64,000 bases of DNA from Candidatus Uhrbacteria bacterium (GCA_013204385.1 JABMNY010000031.1:1168-65167); one strand, 5' to 3'. Shown: positions 1 through 9,261, numbered from the stretch's first letter. The notes: generated by a model from the sequence alone, not told the origin. Program-made: numbers and translations.

Positions 1-544
1 AACTGAATTGAATGAACAATACAGTCATGGTCAGATCTTAAATGGGAACTACTTCTCATCTAGGATCCAACCATGTACTGGAGTGGTTCGATGTTTGCCT
101 CATGACAAGGAGGAGATGTCATAAGTCTTACATCAAACCGCTTCAGAACACGGATCGGCTGTTCCAAAATTTGCGATCTTGGCTTTCATGGGCACCCAGT
201 CATCTCTTCAACGTCCGTTTTAGGACGTCTTCAGAGTTGCCAGCCCATTCAAGCCAACCTCATCAAATTTTGAAACACCCTAACTGGTATGCACAATGTA
301 GATTTCTCTATCACTGTGACGGAGTAATCTATCACAAATAACGAACTTTGTCAAGAGTCATTGGCAAACCCTTTGTTGTTATCCATTGACTCACATTGCA
401 GGTTTTGATACCCTTCTGCCAGTTAGAATGTAACAAAAAGAGCCCATTTTGAGGGCCCTCTTACAGCGCTCAACACGCCTCCTCCTCGTGTTGAATCGCC
501 AGTGAGAAGGTTCTCACAATGGGTTTTTTGATTGTTTATAAGGA

Positions 545-572
545 AAAACGGGCCATAAGCCCGTTTTTAAAA
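545..572. terminator. GC hairpin (aaacgggc-cataa-gcccgttt) flanked by A and T runs; bidirectional rho-independent terminator at the 3' end of the 567..1211 gene
   Basis: Inverted repeat read directly; a T-run follows on the minus strand. Confidence 0.55.
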
Positions 573-1211
573 GTCTTCATGCACAAGTTGATGTCTTCGA
601 CGAATCCTCTCTGTTTGTAATATTGTAAAGATAATCCCGACAAATGCCCCCAAAACGAACCCTGAAAGGATATTTACTAAAATGTTTGGTTTTACAGGCC
701 AATTCGAGTTCAACGGCTCATCCACAAGACGAACGGAAACATCTCCACCTGACGTATACTCCCCTACTCTATCTGTTAAAACGAAGGCAATCGCGCGAAC
801 AAGTTGTTCTGCTTGCTCAATATCCTGATGATATGTCGTGATACTTAGAAGCCCTGATCCTCTCGAAACAGTTGCTTTCACCGTCTTCCCCCAGACCTTT
901 CTTTGTCTAGACGCATCGTCTGGAAAGATTGATTCATCAATACTGAAACCCGCATCCATCACTTGATCAAAGAAGGTACTGGTATAAATGAGCGTAGAAA
1001 GATTATCTGCAATGCGTTCTTCTGAACGTGACGCGGTATATGCATCCACTCCTGAACCCACATCCTGCAAAATCAACATACGTGTCGTTGAAGAATACTT
1101 GAGTGGTTGAACAAATGAGATAATGAGTGCGAGGACAAGACCCAAAAGTCCAAACATCGCGACCCCATGCCAGTTGTTAAAAATATCGCGCAAGTAATTT
1201 GGTTGAGACAT
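567..1211 (-). CDS. Wzz-like polysaccharide chain-length determinant, N-terminal domain type; bitopic membrane protein with TM segments at both ends
   Basis: 214-aa ORF with an N-terminal TM (GLLGLVLALIISFV), a C-terminal TM (ILVNILSGFVLGAFVGIIF) and a soluble middle; architecture and composition match the Wzz/Cap chain-length regulator family. Confidence 0.4.
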   Translation of the reverse strand: MSQPNYLRDIFNNWHGVAMFGLLGLVLALIISFVQPLKYSSTTRMLILQDVGSGVDAYTASRSEERIADNLSTLIYTSTFFDQVMDAGFSIDESIFPDDASRQRKVWGKTVKATVSRGSGLLSITTYHQDIEQAEQLVRAIAFVLTDRVGEYTSGGDVSVRLVDEPLNSNWPVKPNILVNILSGFVLGAFVGIIFTILQTERIRRRHQLVHEDF

Positions 1212-1228
1212 AGTACGTATAGTATATC

Positions 1229-2314
1229 TTAAAGTGTCAGTTCGCCCAATGTCACCACCACCTCTTGTGTCGATCCACCTCGATCAATCTCGATTCGAAT
1301 CTGATCCCCTGCGCCATAGTACGCAATCAAATCATCAAGCGTCTTTGTTTTATTAACTGGAACTCCTTCCACAGAAAGCAGTATGTCTCCTTCTAACAAT
1401 CCTGCGTTACTTCCCGCTCCCCCACGCTCAACAGCACGTACTCCATACAACACAAATCCTGTGTGATGGCCTCGTGCAAGATCTTCGGAAACACCAATGG
1501 CATGCGCAAGATCAATTCCTCGTACACCAAGTGCGGGATACGTAATGACAGAGACAGCTTCAAGGACTTGTGTGAACGCTCCTGAGAAGTGTTCAAATGG
1601 AATCACCTCAGTCCCTTCAACAGAGACTCTCGTAATCCCGACAAGCTCTCCATACACATTAAACACCGCGGAACCAGAAACAACTGATTCAGTCTGAGCG
1701 AGAATGATCCGACGCGAAGGAAGATCACTTACGCGCACAGCTTCTCCAAATTCAACCGAGCGCACGCGTGTAAACAAAAGGTCAGACTGCGAATTGACCA
1801 CAAAGACCTGATCTCCCGCCTGCACACCGTACCCCCCAGCAATATCAATCACAGGAACATTTGATGTTGCACAGTGAATGAACTCAAATCCAAACATCGG
1901 TTCACTCATCACTTCATCTACTTCGCACGAAAGCCCATTCCAACTGACCACGTCCCCCACTCGACCGGCTGAAGAGAGTGCCCATCCGTCCGACGTAAGA
2001 GCGATCACAGGAGTCGACAGCGCAAAAACAGACACACCCGATTCAACAAGCAACGACTGTTTCACAAGTGATCCGATCGTTGGGAGTGCTCGTTCTTCAA
2101 TACGATCAAGCGCATCTGCATAATCTTTTGGAAGGGCTCGAGGTCGTTCTTGCGTTAAGCGCAACGGCTCCGTGAGATCATTGAGTTCAAGCGCGTACTC
2201 AGAAAGATACGACGTTGTCAGCGCCGTTGTAATCACTCCTGCCGCTCCCCCAATCAAACAGGAGAATAGAATAATGCGAATTGTGTGTGGCCAAGTTGAT
2301 TTCTTCATACCCAT
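1229..2314 (-). CDS. HtrA-like trypsin-fold protease with a C-terminal PDZ domain; the active-site motif looks degenerate
   Basis: N-terminal TM, a chymotrypsin-fold core and a clear PDZ (LLEGDILLSVEGVPV...). The canonical GNSGGP around the Ser is replaced by SGSAVF. Confidence 0.5.
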   Translation of the reverse strand: MGMKKSTWPHTIRIILFSCLIGGAAGVITTALTTSYLSEYALELNDLTEPLRLTQERPRALPKDYADALDRIEERALPTIGSLVKQSLLVESGVSVFALSTPVIALTSDGWALSSAGRVGDVVSWNGLSCEVDEVMSEPMFGFEFIHCATSNVPVIDIAGGYGVQAGDQVFVVNSQSDLLFTRVRSVEFGEAVRVSDLPSRRIILAQTESVVSGSAVFNVYGELVGITRVSVEGTEVIPFEHFSGAFTQVLEAVSVITYPALGVRGIDLAHAIGVSEDLARGHHTGFVLYGVRAVERGGAGSNAGLLEGDILLSVEGVPVNKTKTLDDLIAYYGAGDQIRIEIDRGGSTQEVVVTLGELTL

Positions 2315-3069
2315 TGAGACGTTAAAGTGATCACAAAAGTCAGGACGACGAATACACTGATGTAGCGTCGCAGTACCTCTTTAGAAAGTTTATGGAGCGC
2401 ATGTGCACGTGAAAGCCCGAGGAACACATAGACTCCAAGCGCTAAGAACGCTGCATTCGTATAGAAGCCCGTTGGAAGAAACGAGAGTGCGGCAAACAGT
2501 TCTGTTGTGAGAAGGGCCCCTGCAAATGCATACGGTCGTGCGCGTATTGGATCAACCTTTCCAACCCATAACGTTCCATACACGATGAAAAAGAGAATTA
2601 AGAAAAACAACAACGAAAGAAACCAGAGTGGCGTTTGAAGAAACAAGGAGAGTCCGAAGCCAAGAATCGAAACGAAGAAGACGGAAAGAATATGGAGAAG
2701 TTGTGAAAGATATTCGAGTGTAAATGGCTGATAGTTAATGGGAAGATGTGTGAAGCTAAAAACATGTTCTACAAAAAAGAACAGGAGACCTACAACAATT
2801 AATGAAAGCAAGATTTTTGAAAGATTATTCTCGAGCAAGAAGAATGGACCAAAACTAGAGACAAGAAATAACAACGGGGTTCCCAACAAATGCCAAAATT
2901 GAAATGTCTTTACATGCCACCCAAGCAGTCGACCCAAAATAAGACCGACACAAAGCACGGTCAGAACAATGGTTACATAGGGATGCACCCATCCCAGAAA
3001 AAAAGAGGCAAATCCTAATCCGGACAAGAGCGCAACGGCAAAAGAGGATAATCGATAAAATAGAATCAT
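2305..3069 (-). CDS. polytopic integral membrane protein of unknown function
   Basis: 254 aa and almost entirely hydrophobic helices; overlaps upstream and downstream genes by a few nt, consistent with an operon. Confidence 0.45.
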   Translation of the reverse strand: MILFYRLSSFAVALLSGLGFASFFLGWVHPYVTIVLTVLCVGLILGRLLGWHVKTFQFWHLLGTPLLFLVSSFGPFFLLENNLSKILLSLIVVGLLFFFVEHVFSFTHLPINYQPFTLEYLSQLLHILSVFFVSILGFGLSLFLQTPLWFLSLLFFLILFFIVYGTLWVGKVDPIRARPYAFAGALLTTELFAALSFLPTGFYTNAAFLALGVYVFLGLSRAHALHKLSKEVLRRYISVFVVLTFVITLTSQWV

Positions 3070-3077
3070 AAGAAACC

Positions 3078-3830
3078 TTATTGGCCCTCGATCTCAACCA
3101 CCAGTTCTCCATCCACAACCAGCTCACCTGAAAGAACTTCAATAGATGAAATCTTCGCATAGCCAACCATAACCGCATTCACTCTGGCAAGCTCTTGTTC
3201 AAAAAATGGAAGGAAGGTTCGAAGAAACAGATGAGGTATTTCTAGCGAGCCCACAAACACCTGTTCTGGAGTCAGAACGAGTAATCCGTCCTGACTTGTA
3301 GCAGAGAATTGAATCGTGACTGCGGTCTGCTGTTTGGATCCATCAAGTGGTGTAAAAATCTCTATTCCAACGACTGGATCAATGACCGCTTGCGCACGCG
3401 AGACATCAATCATTCCCGTACTGTGCCCTTCAATCCACGAACGCAGAGAGGTTGTAAGCGATGCTTCTGTGAGCGCAACTTGAATAGATCGATCATTGAG
3501 AACCCCTCCCCCCTCATATAAGCGACGTGTAAGTGTTGTGGTAAACGTTTCTTGCAAAATTGTCTCTGCAGAAACACCTGGTTCAACAACGCGTGTAGGG
3601 TAAGGGACCTCATACGCATACTTGCTGAGTACTGGCACAACGACGATACCCATTTTTGCGATATTCCAAGCACCAAATAAAAGAAGACTTAGGAAAATCG
3701 TTAATAGAAGAAGCCCGATCTTCATTCCTATAGAACTCGGATTCCTTCGACGTCGCACTTCCGCGACAACATCTCCTTTTACATCGCTCACTTGTTTTTC
3801 AAGTGCGGCATTTTTTTCAACACGAGCCAT
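3078..3830 (-). CDS. membrane-anchored hypothetical protein with a single N-terminal TM
   Basis: 250-aa ORF in the same minus-strand operon; TM at GLLLLTIFLSLLLFGAW. Confidence 0.45.
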   Translation of the reverse strand: MARVEKNAALEKQVSDVKGDVVAEVRRRRNPSSIGMKIGLLLLTIFLSLLLFGAWNIAKMGIVVVPVLSKYAYEVPYPTRVVEPGVSAETILQETFTTTLTRRLYEGGGVLNDRSIQVALTEASLTTSLRSWIEGHSTGMIDVSRAQAVIDPVVGIEIFTPLDGSKQQTAVTIQFSATSQDGLLVLTPEQVFVGSLEIPHLFLRTFLPFFEQELARVNAVMVGYAKISSIEVLSGELVVDGELVVEIEGQ

Positions 3831-3833
3831 ACC

Positions 3834-4253
3834 CTACTTTCCCAACCATGAATACTCGGTCTTCAGAGTCTCAATAGACTGAATCGGTCCTTGTGTATCC
3901 CGATCTTCTGCTTTTAATCCTGATTGAAGTTGATTGAACGCAACAGCCAATCCGATATGTAAATCTTTGTATTGAGTAGGAACTCGCAAGGACAATACTC
4001 CTGCCAATGCTGTCTCTGTCGCAATGAGTTTATCTAAATCATCTGTCGCCGCAAAAAATCTCTCCTCAAATGTCGCAAGGATTTTTGATAGGTCAGATTG
4101 ATACGCATCAGCGTCCACTGGCACTACTTCTTCCATCTGGATAGTTGAACTCGATGGTTCATTTTGAAGAGTTTGATACATAAACCCTGCCAACCCTAAT
4201 GACAGAAGAATAACCGCGATCGGAAAGAGTGAGTGACGATGATAGTAACGCAT
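3834..4253 (-). CDS. membrane-anchored hypothetical protein
   Basis: 139-aa ORF with an N-terminal TM (PIAVILLSLGLAGFMY). Confidence 0.4.
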   Translation of the reverse strand: MRYYHRHSLFPIAVILLSLGLAGFMYQTLQNEPSSSTIQMEEVVPVDADAYQSDLSKILATFEERFFAATDDLDKLIATETALAGVLSLRVPTQYKDLHIGLAVAFNQLQSGLKAEDRDTQGPIQSIETLKTEYSWLGK

Positions 4254-4255
4254 AA

Positions 4256-5344
4256 TTATTCGGTTATATCTCTAAAAAGATCTTCTAATAAAACAACACT
4301 CATCATGGCAAGCGGAATGGCGAGAATCGCTCCGGCAAGTCCACCTGCTTTCAATCCAACAAGCAGAGCAAGAATACTGATAATGGGATTGAGTCCCGTT
4401 ACCTTCTGCATAATTTTAGGAACCAGCACATTATTTTCAATCTGCTGAATAACTAAATACAGAGCCACAACGGCAAACCCAATGAATGGCGCTTGCGCAA
4501 AGCCAATGATAAGTGCTGGGATGAGAGAGATGATTGGACCGACATACGGCACGACCTCAAGCAATCCTGCGATCAACGCAAGAAGAAGCGCATACTTCAC
4601 TCCTAAAAATGACAATCCAATAAATACGGCAATTCCTACAACGAACCCAAGAATAATTTGTCCCCGTAACCATTCCCCCATCTTACGAGACATCTTACTC
4701 ATGAGATGTGCCACATAAGGTTGATATTCAACCGGTGCAAGATTACGAAAATACTTCCGCATGCTCTCTTCCTCAACGACCATATAAAACGCGAGCACAA
4801 GCACGATAAACGTTGCTACCACACCTGCAACAACCCCTTTCACTGTTGAAAACGCTGTCCCCACCGTTCCAAAACTTCCTTGAAACGACGTAAGATAAGA
4901 GATGACATCATTGAGAATATCCGCATCTCCTGTAAACGGCGCAATTTGCGAAATCGAATCGACAATTTGTGTGTAATAAGAAGAAGAGTTCTCAATCAAC
5001 TGTGCACTTTGCTCAGTGATGATTGGAACAAATAGAAAGAGAAAAATCGTCGATAACGAAATCAGACACGTGTAGACAATTAACACTGCCAACCCACGTG
5101 GAATCTTTCGCTGTGCGAACCAAGACGCAAATGGTTCGATAAGCGCAGCTAGAAGTAATGAAGCGACAAAGATTGCTACGATATCGCGGACAAACCAGAG
5201 AAACCAAAGTCCAAGTACAATAAGCACCGCTTTCAAGAATGTAGACGTTGAAATACTCACGGACTGTGGAGGTAACATAGTATAAAAATTATACCATAGA
5301 TGCATTGACAAAACCCCATTTTTCGCGTACCATCGCTCAGACAA
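4256..5344 (-). CDS. AI-2E family transporter (PerM/YhhT, UPF0118)
   Basis: 362 aa, about 8 TM segments, with the family-typical C-terminal GxxxGP-containing helices (LLEVVPYVGPIISLIP). Confidence 0.7.
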   Translation of the reverse strand: MSERWYAKNGVLSMHLWYNFYTMLPPQSVSISTSTFLKAVLIVLGLWFLWFVRDIVAIFVASLLLAALIEPFASWFAQRKIPRGLAVLIVYTCLISLSTIFLFLFVPIITEQSAQLIENSSSYYTQIVDSISQIAPFTGDADILNDVISYLTSFQGSFGTVGTAFSTVKGVVAGVVATFIVLVLAFYMVVEEESMRKYFRNLAPVEYQPYVAHLMSKMSRKMGEWLRGQIILGFVVGIAVFIGLSFLGVKYALLLALIAGLLEVVPYVGPIISLIPALIIGFAQAPFIGFAVVALYLVIQQIENNVLVPKIMQKVTGLNPIISILALLVGLKAGGLAGAILAIPLAMMSVVLLEDLFRDITE

Positions 5345-5476
5345 GGATGTTCCTTTCTCATCGAAGAATCTGTTTTACAGATTCCACGTGATTCCGAGTC
5401 CCCATTTGATAAAAATGGATGCCTGGCAAAAGCAGAACGCCAATTTCCTCCCGAGTCCCGCTTTGTTAAAATAGAT

Positions 5477-5506
5477 GCCCGGCGGAGCCGGGTCCGGCTC
5501 CGCCGG
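5477..5506. repeat. near-perfect 13-bp-arm GC hairpin (ccggcggagccgg / ccggctccgccgg); its first 20 nt duplicate an internal tmRNA segment at 5886-5905
   Basis: Exact 20-nt match (cccggcggagccgggtccgg) between 5478-5497 and 5886-5905, read directly. Confidence 0.6.
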
Positions 5507-5561
5507 AAGATACGAATGAGCTGTGAACCGAAGCTCGAACAGATCGCTATTTTTACAAAGT

Positions 5562-5982
5562 GGGGCTGATCGGTATCGACGGGAGATCCTTCCAACCTGA
5601 TCAAGCCGTGTGGGTACGACTGCACGTAAATAAACTCGTACAAGACGACAACTGCAAACAACGTCATGGCAATGATCAAGAACGCTTTCAGTGTTCCTTC
5701 ATTCGCCCCTGTTCTCGCCTAAGGGTAAGAGAACCATTCGCCTTAGCTCGTCTGGGTGTTAAGTGTCGGGTGTTATAAATCCAGACTGGAGTGTGAGGTC
5801 ATCGATCTCTCACATTCGAGATTTGCGATCGATCCCTTGTTACGTATTACGCTACGTCTTAAGCGTAACATTGTAATCAGATGTACCCGGCGGAGCCGGG
5901 TCCGGTTAGCCGGAGATGTGCTTGGAAACGTCATGTTGCAAAGCCTTACCGCACGGGAGTTCGATTCTCCCCAGCTCCACCA
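5562..5982 (+). ncRNA. ssrA: tmRNA (ssrA), about 421 nt; candidate tag reading frame 5654-5719 (ANNVMAMIKNAFSVPSFAPVLA) with TAA stop at 5720-5722
   Basis: The 5' end GGGGCTGATCGGTATCGACGGG matches the canonical tmRNA start (GGGGCUGAUUCUGGAUUCGACGGG). The 3' end GGGAGTTCGATTCTCCCCAGCTCCACCA is a T-arm plus acceptor stem plus CCA. The divergently adjacent gene is smpB. Confidence 0.85.
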
Positions 5983-6020
5983 AGAAACGGCCGTCATTCA
6001 AATGACGGCCGTTTCTTATT
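5983..6020 (+). terminator. rho-independent terminator of ssrA
   Basis: Hairpin aacggccgtcatt-caa-aatgacggccgtt followed by tcttatt. Confidence 0.6.
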
Positions 6021-6059
6021 GGACTTGTGGGGATGAGAACTCCCGTATGGAGTTCGATG

Positions 6060-6300
6060 CGTGAGAGAGTGAGGGAGTAAATAAAAAGTCACCTGTGTTT
6101 GTGACTCTTTATTTACTCCCGAGCGAACGAACGCAATATTGGATTTGAAAAATCCAATATTCTCCCCAGCTCCAACAAAAACACGCCACCAATAGGTGAC
6201 GTGTTTTTGAGTTGCTCAGTACCAGTGTACTGAGCCGTGATGCATCGCTTATCAGCGATACAGGTCAAGGTGATGACCTAATGACCATCACCTCGCGTGA
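6060..6300. repeat. array of at least five consecutive strong hairpins/palindromes; includes a 19/20-bp stem at 6073-6120 and a partial copy of the tmRNA 3' end (ttctccccagctccaaca, 6157-6174)
   Basis: Inverted repeats read directly: gggagtaaataaaaagtcac/gtgactctttatttactccc; aatattggattt/aaatccaatatt; aacacgccac/gtgacgtgtt plus T5; gctcagtac/gtactgagc; atcgct/agcgat; ggtgatg/catcacc. Confidence 0.5.
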
Positions 6301-6308
6301 GACCTTGC

Positions 6309-6575
6309 CTACTCGATACCGTCCGCACGACGCCGAGCAGACTCGACGGATTGAGGATCCCAGCCTTGGTCAGGACCATCAGGATCAGACATGGCTAAGA
6401 TGCGGTCGGACAGATTGGAGCATGCCCGCTTGTACGCATAGCCCCCAAAGACAATGAAGAAGAGGATGAGTGACCCAAGACTGATCAATTCGACCAAGAC
6501 TGGATGAGAGTAGCTCACCAGGCGCAAGACGAGAATCCAACTGAGTACAAAGATCACCAAGAACGCACGATTCAT
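6309..6575 (-). CDS. small high-GC membrane protein (possible); start taken at the internal Met MNRAFLVIFVL
   Basis: ORF with two hydrophobic helices, downstream of the smpB terminator; could equally be a spurious ORF in GC-rich DNA. Confidence 0.2.
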   Translation of the reverse strand: MNRAFLVIFVLSWILVLRLVSYSHPVLVELISLGSLILFFIVFGGYAYKRACSNLSDRILAMSDPDGPDQGWDPQSVESARRRADGIE

Positions 6576-6635
6576 GTGTACCTCCACTCGTTTGAACATG
6601 CAGGGATTGCACGAAACAAAGAGAGCTGATGCTAC

Positions 6636-6663
6636 CCTCCACACATAAAAAAATCAAGGGAAC
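6636..6663 (-). terminator. smpB terminator (hairpin gggaacctagttccc then a T-run on the minus strand)
   Basis: Read directly; immediately 3' of the smpB stop codon. Confidence 0.55.
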
Positions 6664-7110
6664 CTAGTTCCCTTTCATTCTTTCTCTCATCTCTCTTTGA
6701 ACATCACGCTTCTTTACGGACTCGCGCTTCTCGTACTGTTTCTTTCCGCGCGCGACGGAGAACTCCAGTTTGACGATTCCCCCCTTTGTGTACAGGGAGA
6801 GTGGAATGAGTGTCAGTCCGTCTACTTGGCGTTTACCCACAAGTCGATTCAACTCCCGTTTATGCACAAGGATCTTTCTATCTTGATACGGGTCATACCC
6901 GTCTTGTGTCCCAGCTGGTTTATACGGGGCAATGTACGCTCCTTTCAACCAAAGTTCTCCCTTGTGGATATGTAGAAATGCCCCTTTAAGTTGGACTTGC
7001 CCTGCTTTTGCGGACTTCACTTCAGCCCCGGACAACTTCAAACCACCCTCGAGTGTTTCAAGGATTTCGTAATCGAATCGGGCTTTTTTGTTTATCGCTA
7101 AGGATGACAT
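6664..7110 (-). CDS. smpB: SsrA-binding protein SmpB
   Basis: 148 aa; the N-terminal KKARFDYEILE motif and basic C-terminal tail are typical of SmpB; adjacent to the tmRNA. Confidence 0.9.
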   Translation of the reverse strand: MSSLAINKKARFDYEILETLEGGLKLSGAEVKSAKAGQVQLKGAFLHIHKGELWLKGAYIAPYKPAGTQDGYDPYQDRKILVHKRELNRLVGKRQVDGLTLIPLSLYTKGGIVKLEFSVARGKKQYEKRESVKKRDVQREMRERMKGN

Positions 7111-7172
7111 AACTTGTAGTATAGCTGATCACTTGATTTTTTCCAGCTTTTTAGCTAGACTGAGGCACATCT

Positions 7173-7724
7173 ATGCGTATTCATCGTCACAGAAGTCGAA
7201 AACCACGACTTGATATCCCAGTCTACAAAGTGAACGGCCGTATTAAATCTGAAGAAGTTCGGCTTTTTGGAGCTGAAGGAGAATCTTTAGGGGTCGTAAA
7301 AACAGAGGACGCCATTAAAATGGCGGAGTTAAAAGAACTCGATCTTGTAGAGGTCTCTCCAAAGGCTGTTCCTCCAGTCTGCAAGATCCTTGATTACGGT
7401 CAATTTAAGTATCAGAAAGAAAAGGAGGCAAAGAAACGTAAGGCTCAATCTGCAGAAGTTGAAATCAAAGGAATTCGACTCTCTGTCCGTATTGGTCCTG
7501 GAGACTTTGAAGTGCGAGTGAATCAAGCCCTTAAATTTCTTGAAAAAGGAAACAAGGTAAAGCCAGAGCTTCCACTCCGTGGACGTGAAAAAGCCCATAG
7601 GGAGGTCGCTCAAAAAGTCATGGTTCAGTTTCTTGAAAAAATCAAAGAAACCTACCCAATTCGTGTTGAACAAGAGATCAAATACCAAAGTGGGCGTCTC
7701 ACCATGATTCTCGCTCGATCCTAA
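7173..7724 (+). CDS. infC: translation initiation factor IF-3
   Basis: 183 aa with IF-3 N and C domains (EVRLFGAEGESLGVV...; KGIRLSVRIGPGDFEV); followed by rpmI-rplT as in most bacteria. Confidence 0.9.
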   Translation: MRIHRHRSRKPRLDIPVYKVNGRIKSEEVRLFGAEGESLGVVKTEDAIKMAELKELDLVEVSPKAVPPVCKILDYGQFKYQKEKEAKKRKAQSAEVEIKGIRLSVRIGPGDFEVRVNQALKFLEKGNKVKPELPLRGREKAHREVAQKVMVQFLEKIKETYPIRVEQEIKYQSGRLTMILARS

Positions 7725-7747
7725 GTCTTTGGGTGTATATCATTTTC

Positions 7748-7776
7748 TTGACATAAAACCCACTCATCGCTATACT
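7748..7776 (+). promoter_or_regulatory. sigma70-like promoter: TTGACA - 17 nt - TATACT, upstream of rpmI
   Basis: Hexamers read directly (ttgaca 7748-7753; tatact 7771-7776). Confidence 0.5.
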
Positions 7777-7797
7777 CAGCCCGAAATTAGACACTGT

Positions 7798-7995
7798 ATG
7801 CCTAAGCTAAAAACACACAAAGCCTTCTCTTCCCGAGTCACTGTCACTGGTTCCGGCAAGGTTCTCAAGCAGACCGCTGGTAAAGGACATTTCAATGGAC
7901 GAGAATCAGGAAAGACCACTCGCAACAAACGCCAAGACCAAACTATGTCAAAAGCGCACAAGCGAGCTGTTAAGACTCTAATGCCAAACCTCTAA
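7798..7995 (+). CDS. rpmI: 50S ribosomal protein L35
   Basis: MPKLKTHKAFSSRV... about 65 aa and basic; the ORF-track start at 7729 is an over-extension and the ATG is at 7798. Confidence 0.85.
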   Translation: MPKLKTHKAFSSRVTVTGSGKVLKQTAGKGHFNGRESGKTTRNKRQDQTMSKAHKRAVKTLMPNL

Positions 7996-7996
7996 T

Positions 7997-8341
7997 ATGC
8001 CTCGAGTAAAACGCGGGACGCAACACGTCAAACGACGTAAGAGTCTCTTGGAAAAAACAAAGGGGATGATGTGGGGACGCAAGTCAAAAATCCGTCTCGC
8101 ACGCCCTGCCATGCTCAAAGCCGGTGTAAACGCTTATCGCGATCGTCGCAATTACAAGCGTGCTATGCGCCGACTCTGGCAAATCCGATTAAACGCCGCT
8201 GTTCGTCCACTTGGACTCAACTACAGCCGTTTCATGGATGGTCTGAAAAAAGCAGGAATCGGATTGGACCGAAAAGTTCTCTCTGATATCGCAAAAGACC
8301 ACGAAGCCGTATTCAAAAACATTGTCGAAAAAACAAAGTAA
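7997..8341 (+). CDS. rplT: 50S ribosomal protein L20
   Basis: MPRVKRGTQHVKRRK...; 114 aa; conserved L20 N-terminus. Confidence 0.9.
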   Translation: MPRVKRGTQHVKRRKSLLEKTKGMMWGRKSKIRLARPAMLKAGVNAYRDRRNYKRAMRRLWQIRLNAAVRPLGLNYSRFMDGLKKAGIGLDRKVLSDIAKDHEAVFKNIVEKTK

Positions 8342-8342
8342 C

Positions 8343-8372
8343 AAAAAGAGCGCCGATCTGGCGTTCTTTTTG
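8343..8372 (+). terminator. rplT terminator (aaaagagcgcc-gatc-tggcgttcttttt)
   Basis: Hairpin plus T-run, read directly. Confidence 0.65.
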
Positions 8373-8378
8373 TTTGTA

Positions 8379-8406
8379 TTGACATTTCTTTAAAATTGGT
8401 TATAGT
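8379..8406 (+). promoter_or_regulatory. near-consensus promoter: TTGACA - 16 nt - TATAGT, upstream of the high-GC gene at 8462
   Basis: Read directly; the SD-like aggaaga sits 6 nt before the ATG at 8462. Confidence 0.45.
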
Positions 8407-8461
8407 TCTCCGTCGGAACACGTTCCGTCATCCGTAAACGAGAACAAGATTAGGAAGAGTC

Positions 8462-9217
8462 ATGACCTGCATGCATCATCCATATCCATATATTGTAGAG
8501 GATTTGGAAGCGCCAGATCCAGGAATGGCGCGTGGCGTATGGCCAATCATGCAGTCCTCAAAGACTGCAGGCGAACGTCCGGCAAGACCTTGGACCACAA
8601 CAACCACTCCTCTTCATGAGGGGCTTGGGGATATTCCTGAGCCCAAGCAAATTTCAGAAGACAACCCGCAACACGGAACACCGATGCCAACCAATGAACA
8701 AGACCCTCCTACTCCTCCCCAGCCTCCGGCAAACGAGGTGCTCGTGTCTGACGACGACTCCGAGGAGTCCAGCCTTCCAGAGAGATCTGGAAGGAGACTG
8801 CTGGTCATCGCACTCGGTGTGCTCAGCCCGATCCTCTTGATCGTCGGTTCCGTCTTCTTCCTTACACGGGACAGTCAACCTGCTGTGATGCCGTCGACGA
8901 CAGAATCTGCACCCGAGGGGATCGCACAGCCGGTGGAAGAATCACCACCTGTCGTCGAAGCTGATGCGGAGGCAGAAGAAGTCGCTGAAGCCTCAACGCC
9001 ATCGCCCGCACCCGAGACTCCTCCCTCTCCCCCCGTCGCGGAGGCCGCCCCCGCGACTTCGGACCCCACAAACTGCACGTTCGTGAACGGGTCCTGGCCC
9101 ATGGTGGGCGACAAGTACATCGTCAAGTGCGATGGCGATGAGCTCTTCACTGCCACGAAGGGAGAGTACCTGATGAGAGGGCGCTACGCCTTCTCGGACT
9201 TCACCTCCTACCCCTGA
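8462..9217 (+). CDS. high-GC, proline/acidic-rich membrane-anchored hypothetical protein
   Basis: 251 aa with a PTPPQPP-rich N-terminal half, a single TM (LLVIALGVLSPILLIVGSVFFL), an acidic APE-rich stretch and a small Cys-containing C-terminal domain; local GC is clearly above the backbone. Confidence 0.45.
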   Translation: MTCMHHPYPYIVEDLEAPDPGMARGVWPIMQSSKTAGERPARPWTTTTTPLHEGLGDIPEPKQISEDNPQHGTPMPTNEQDPPTPPQPPANEVLVSDDDSEESSLPERSGRRLLVIALGVLSPILLIVGSVFFLTRDSQPAVMPSTTESAPEGIAQPVEESPPVVEADAEAEEVAEASTPSPAPETPPSPPVAEAAPATSDPTNCTFVNGSWPMVGDKYIVKCDGDELFTATKGEYLMRGRYAFSDFTSYP

Positions 9218-9261
9218 CCTCCTCGAGGTCCTTGCTCTCGCTGGCATTGCTAGCGAGATTT

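Noticed and set aside
42-341. 99-aa plus-strand ORF at the window start
   Set aside because: No RBS, no promoter, junk-like composition (Cys/His/Arg/Trp-rich); the 1-545 region shows no convincing gene on either strand.
5257-5679. 140-aa minus-strand ORF upstream of and overlapping the tmRNA
   Set aside because: It overlaps the tmRNA 5' end and the GC hairpin, and its composition is Arg/Ser/Cys-rich junk; a spurious ORF across an RNA gene.
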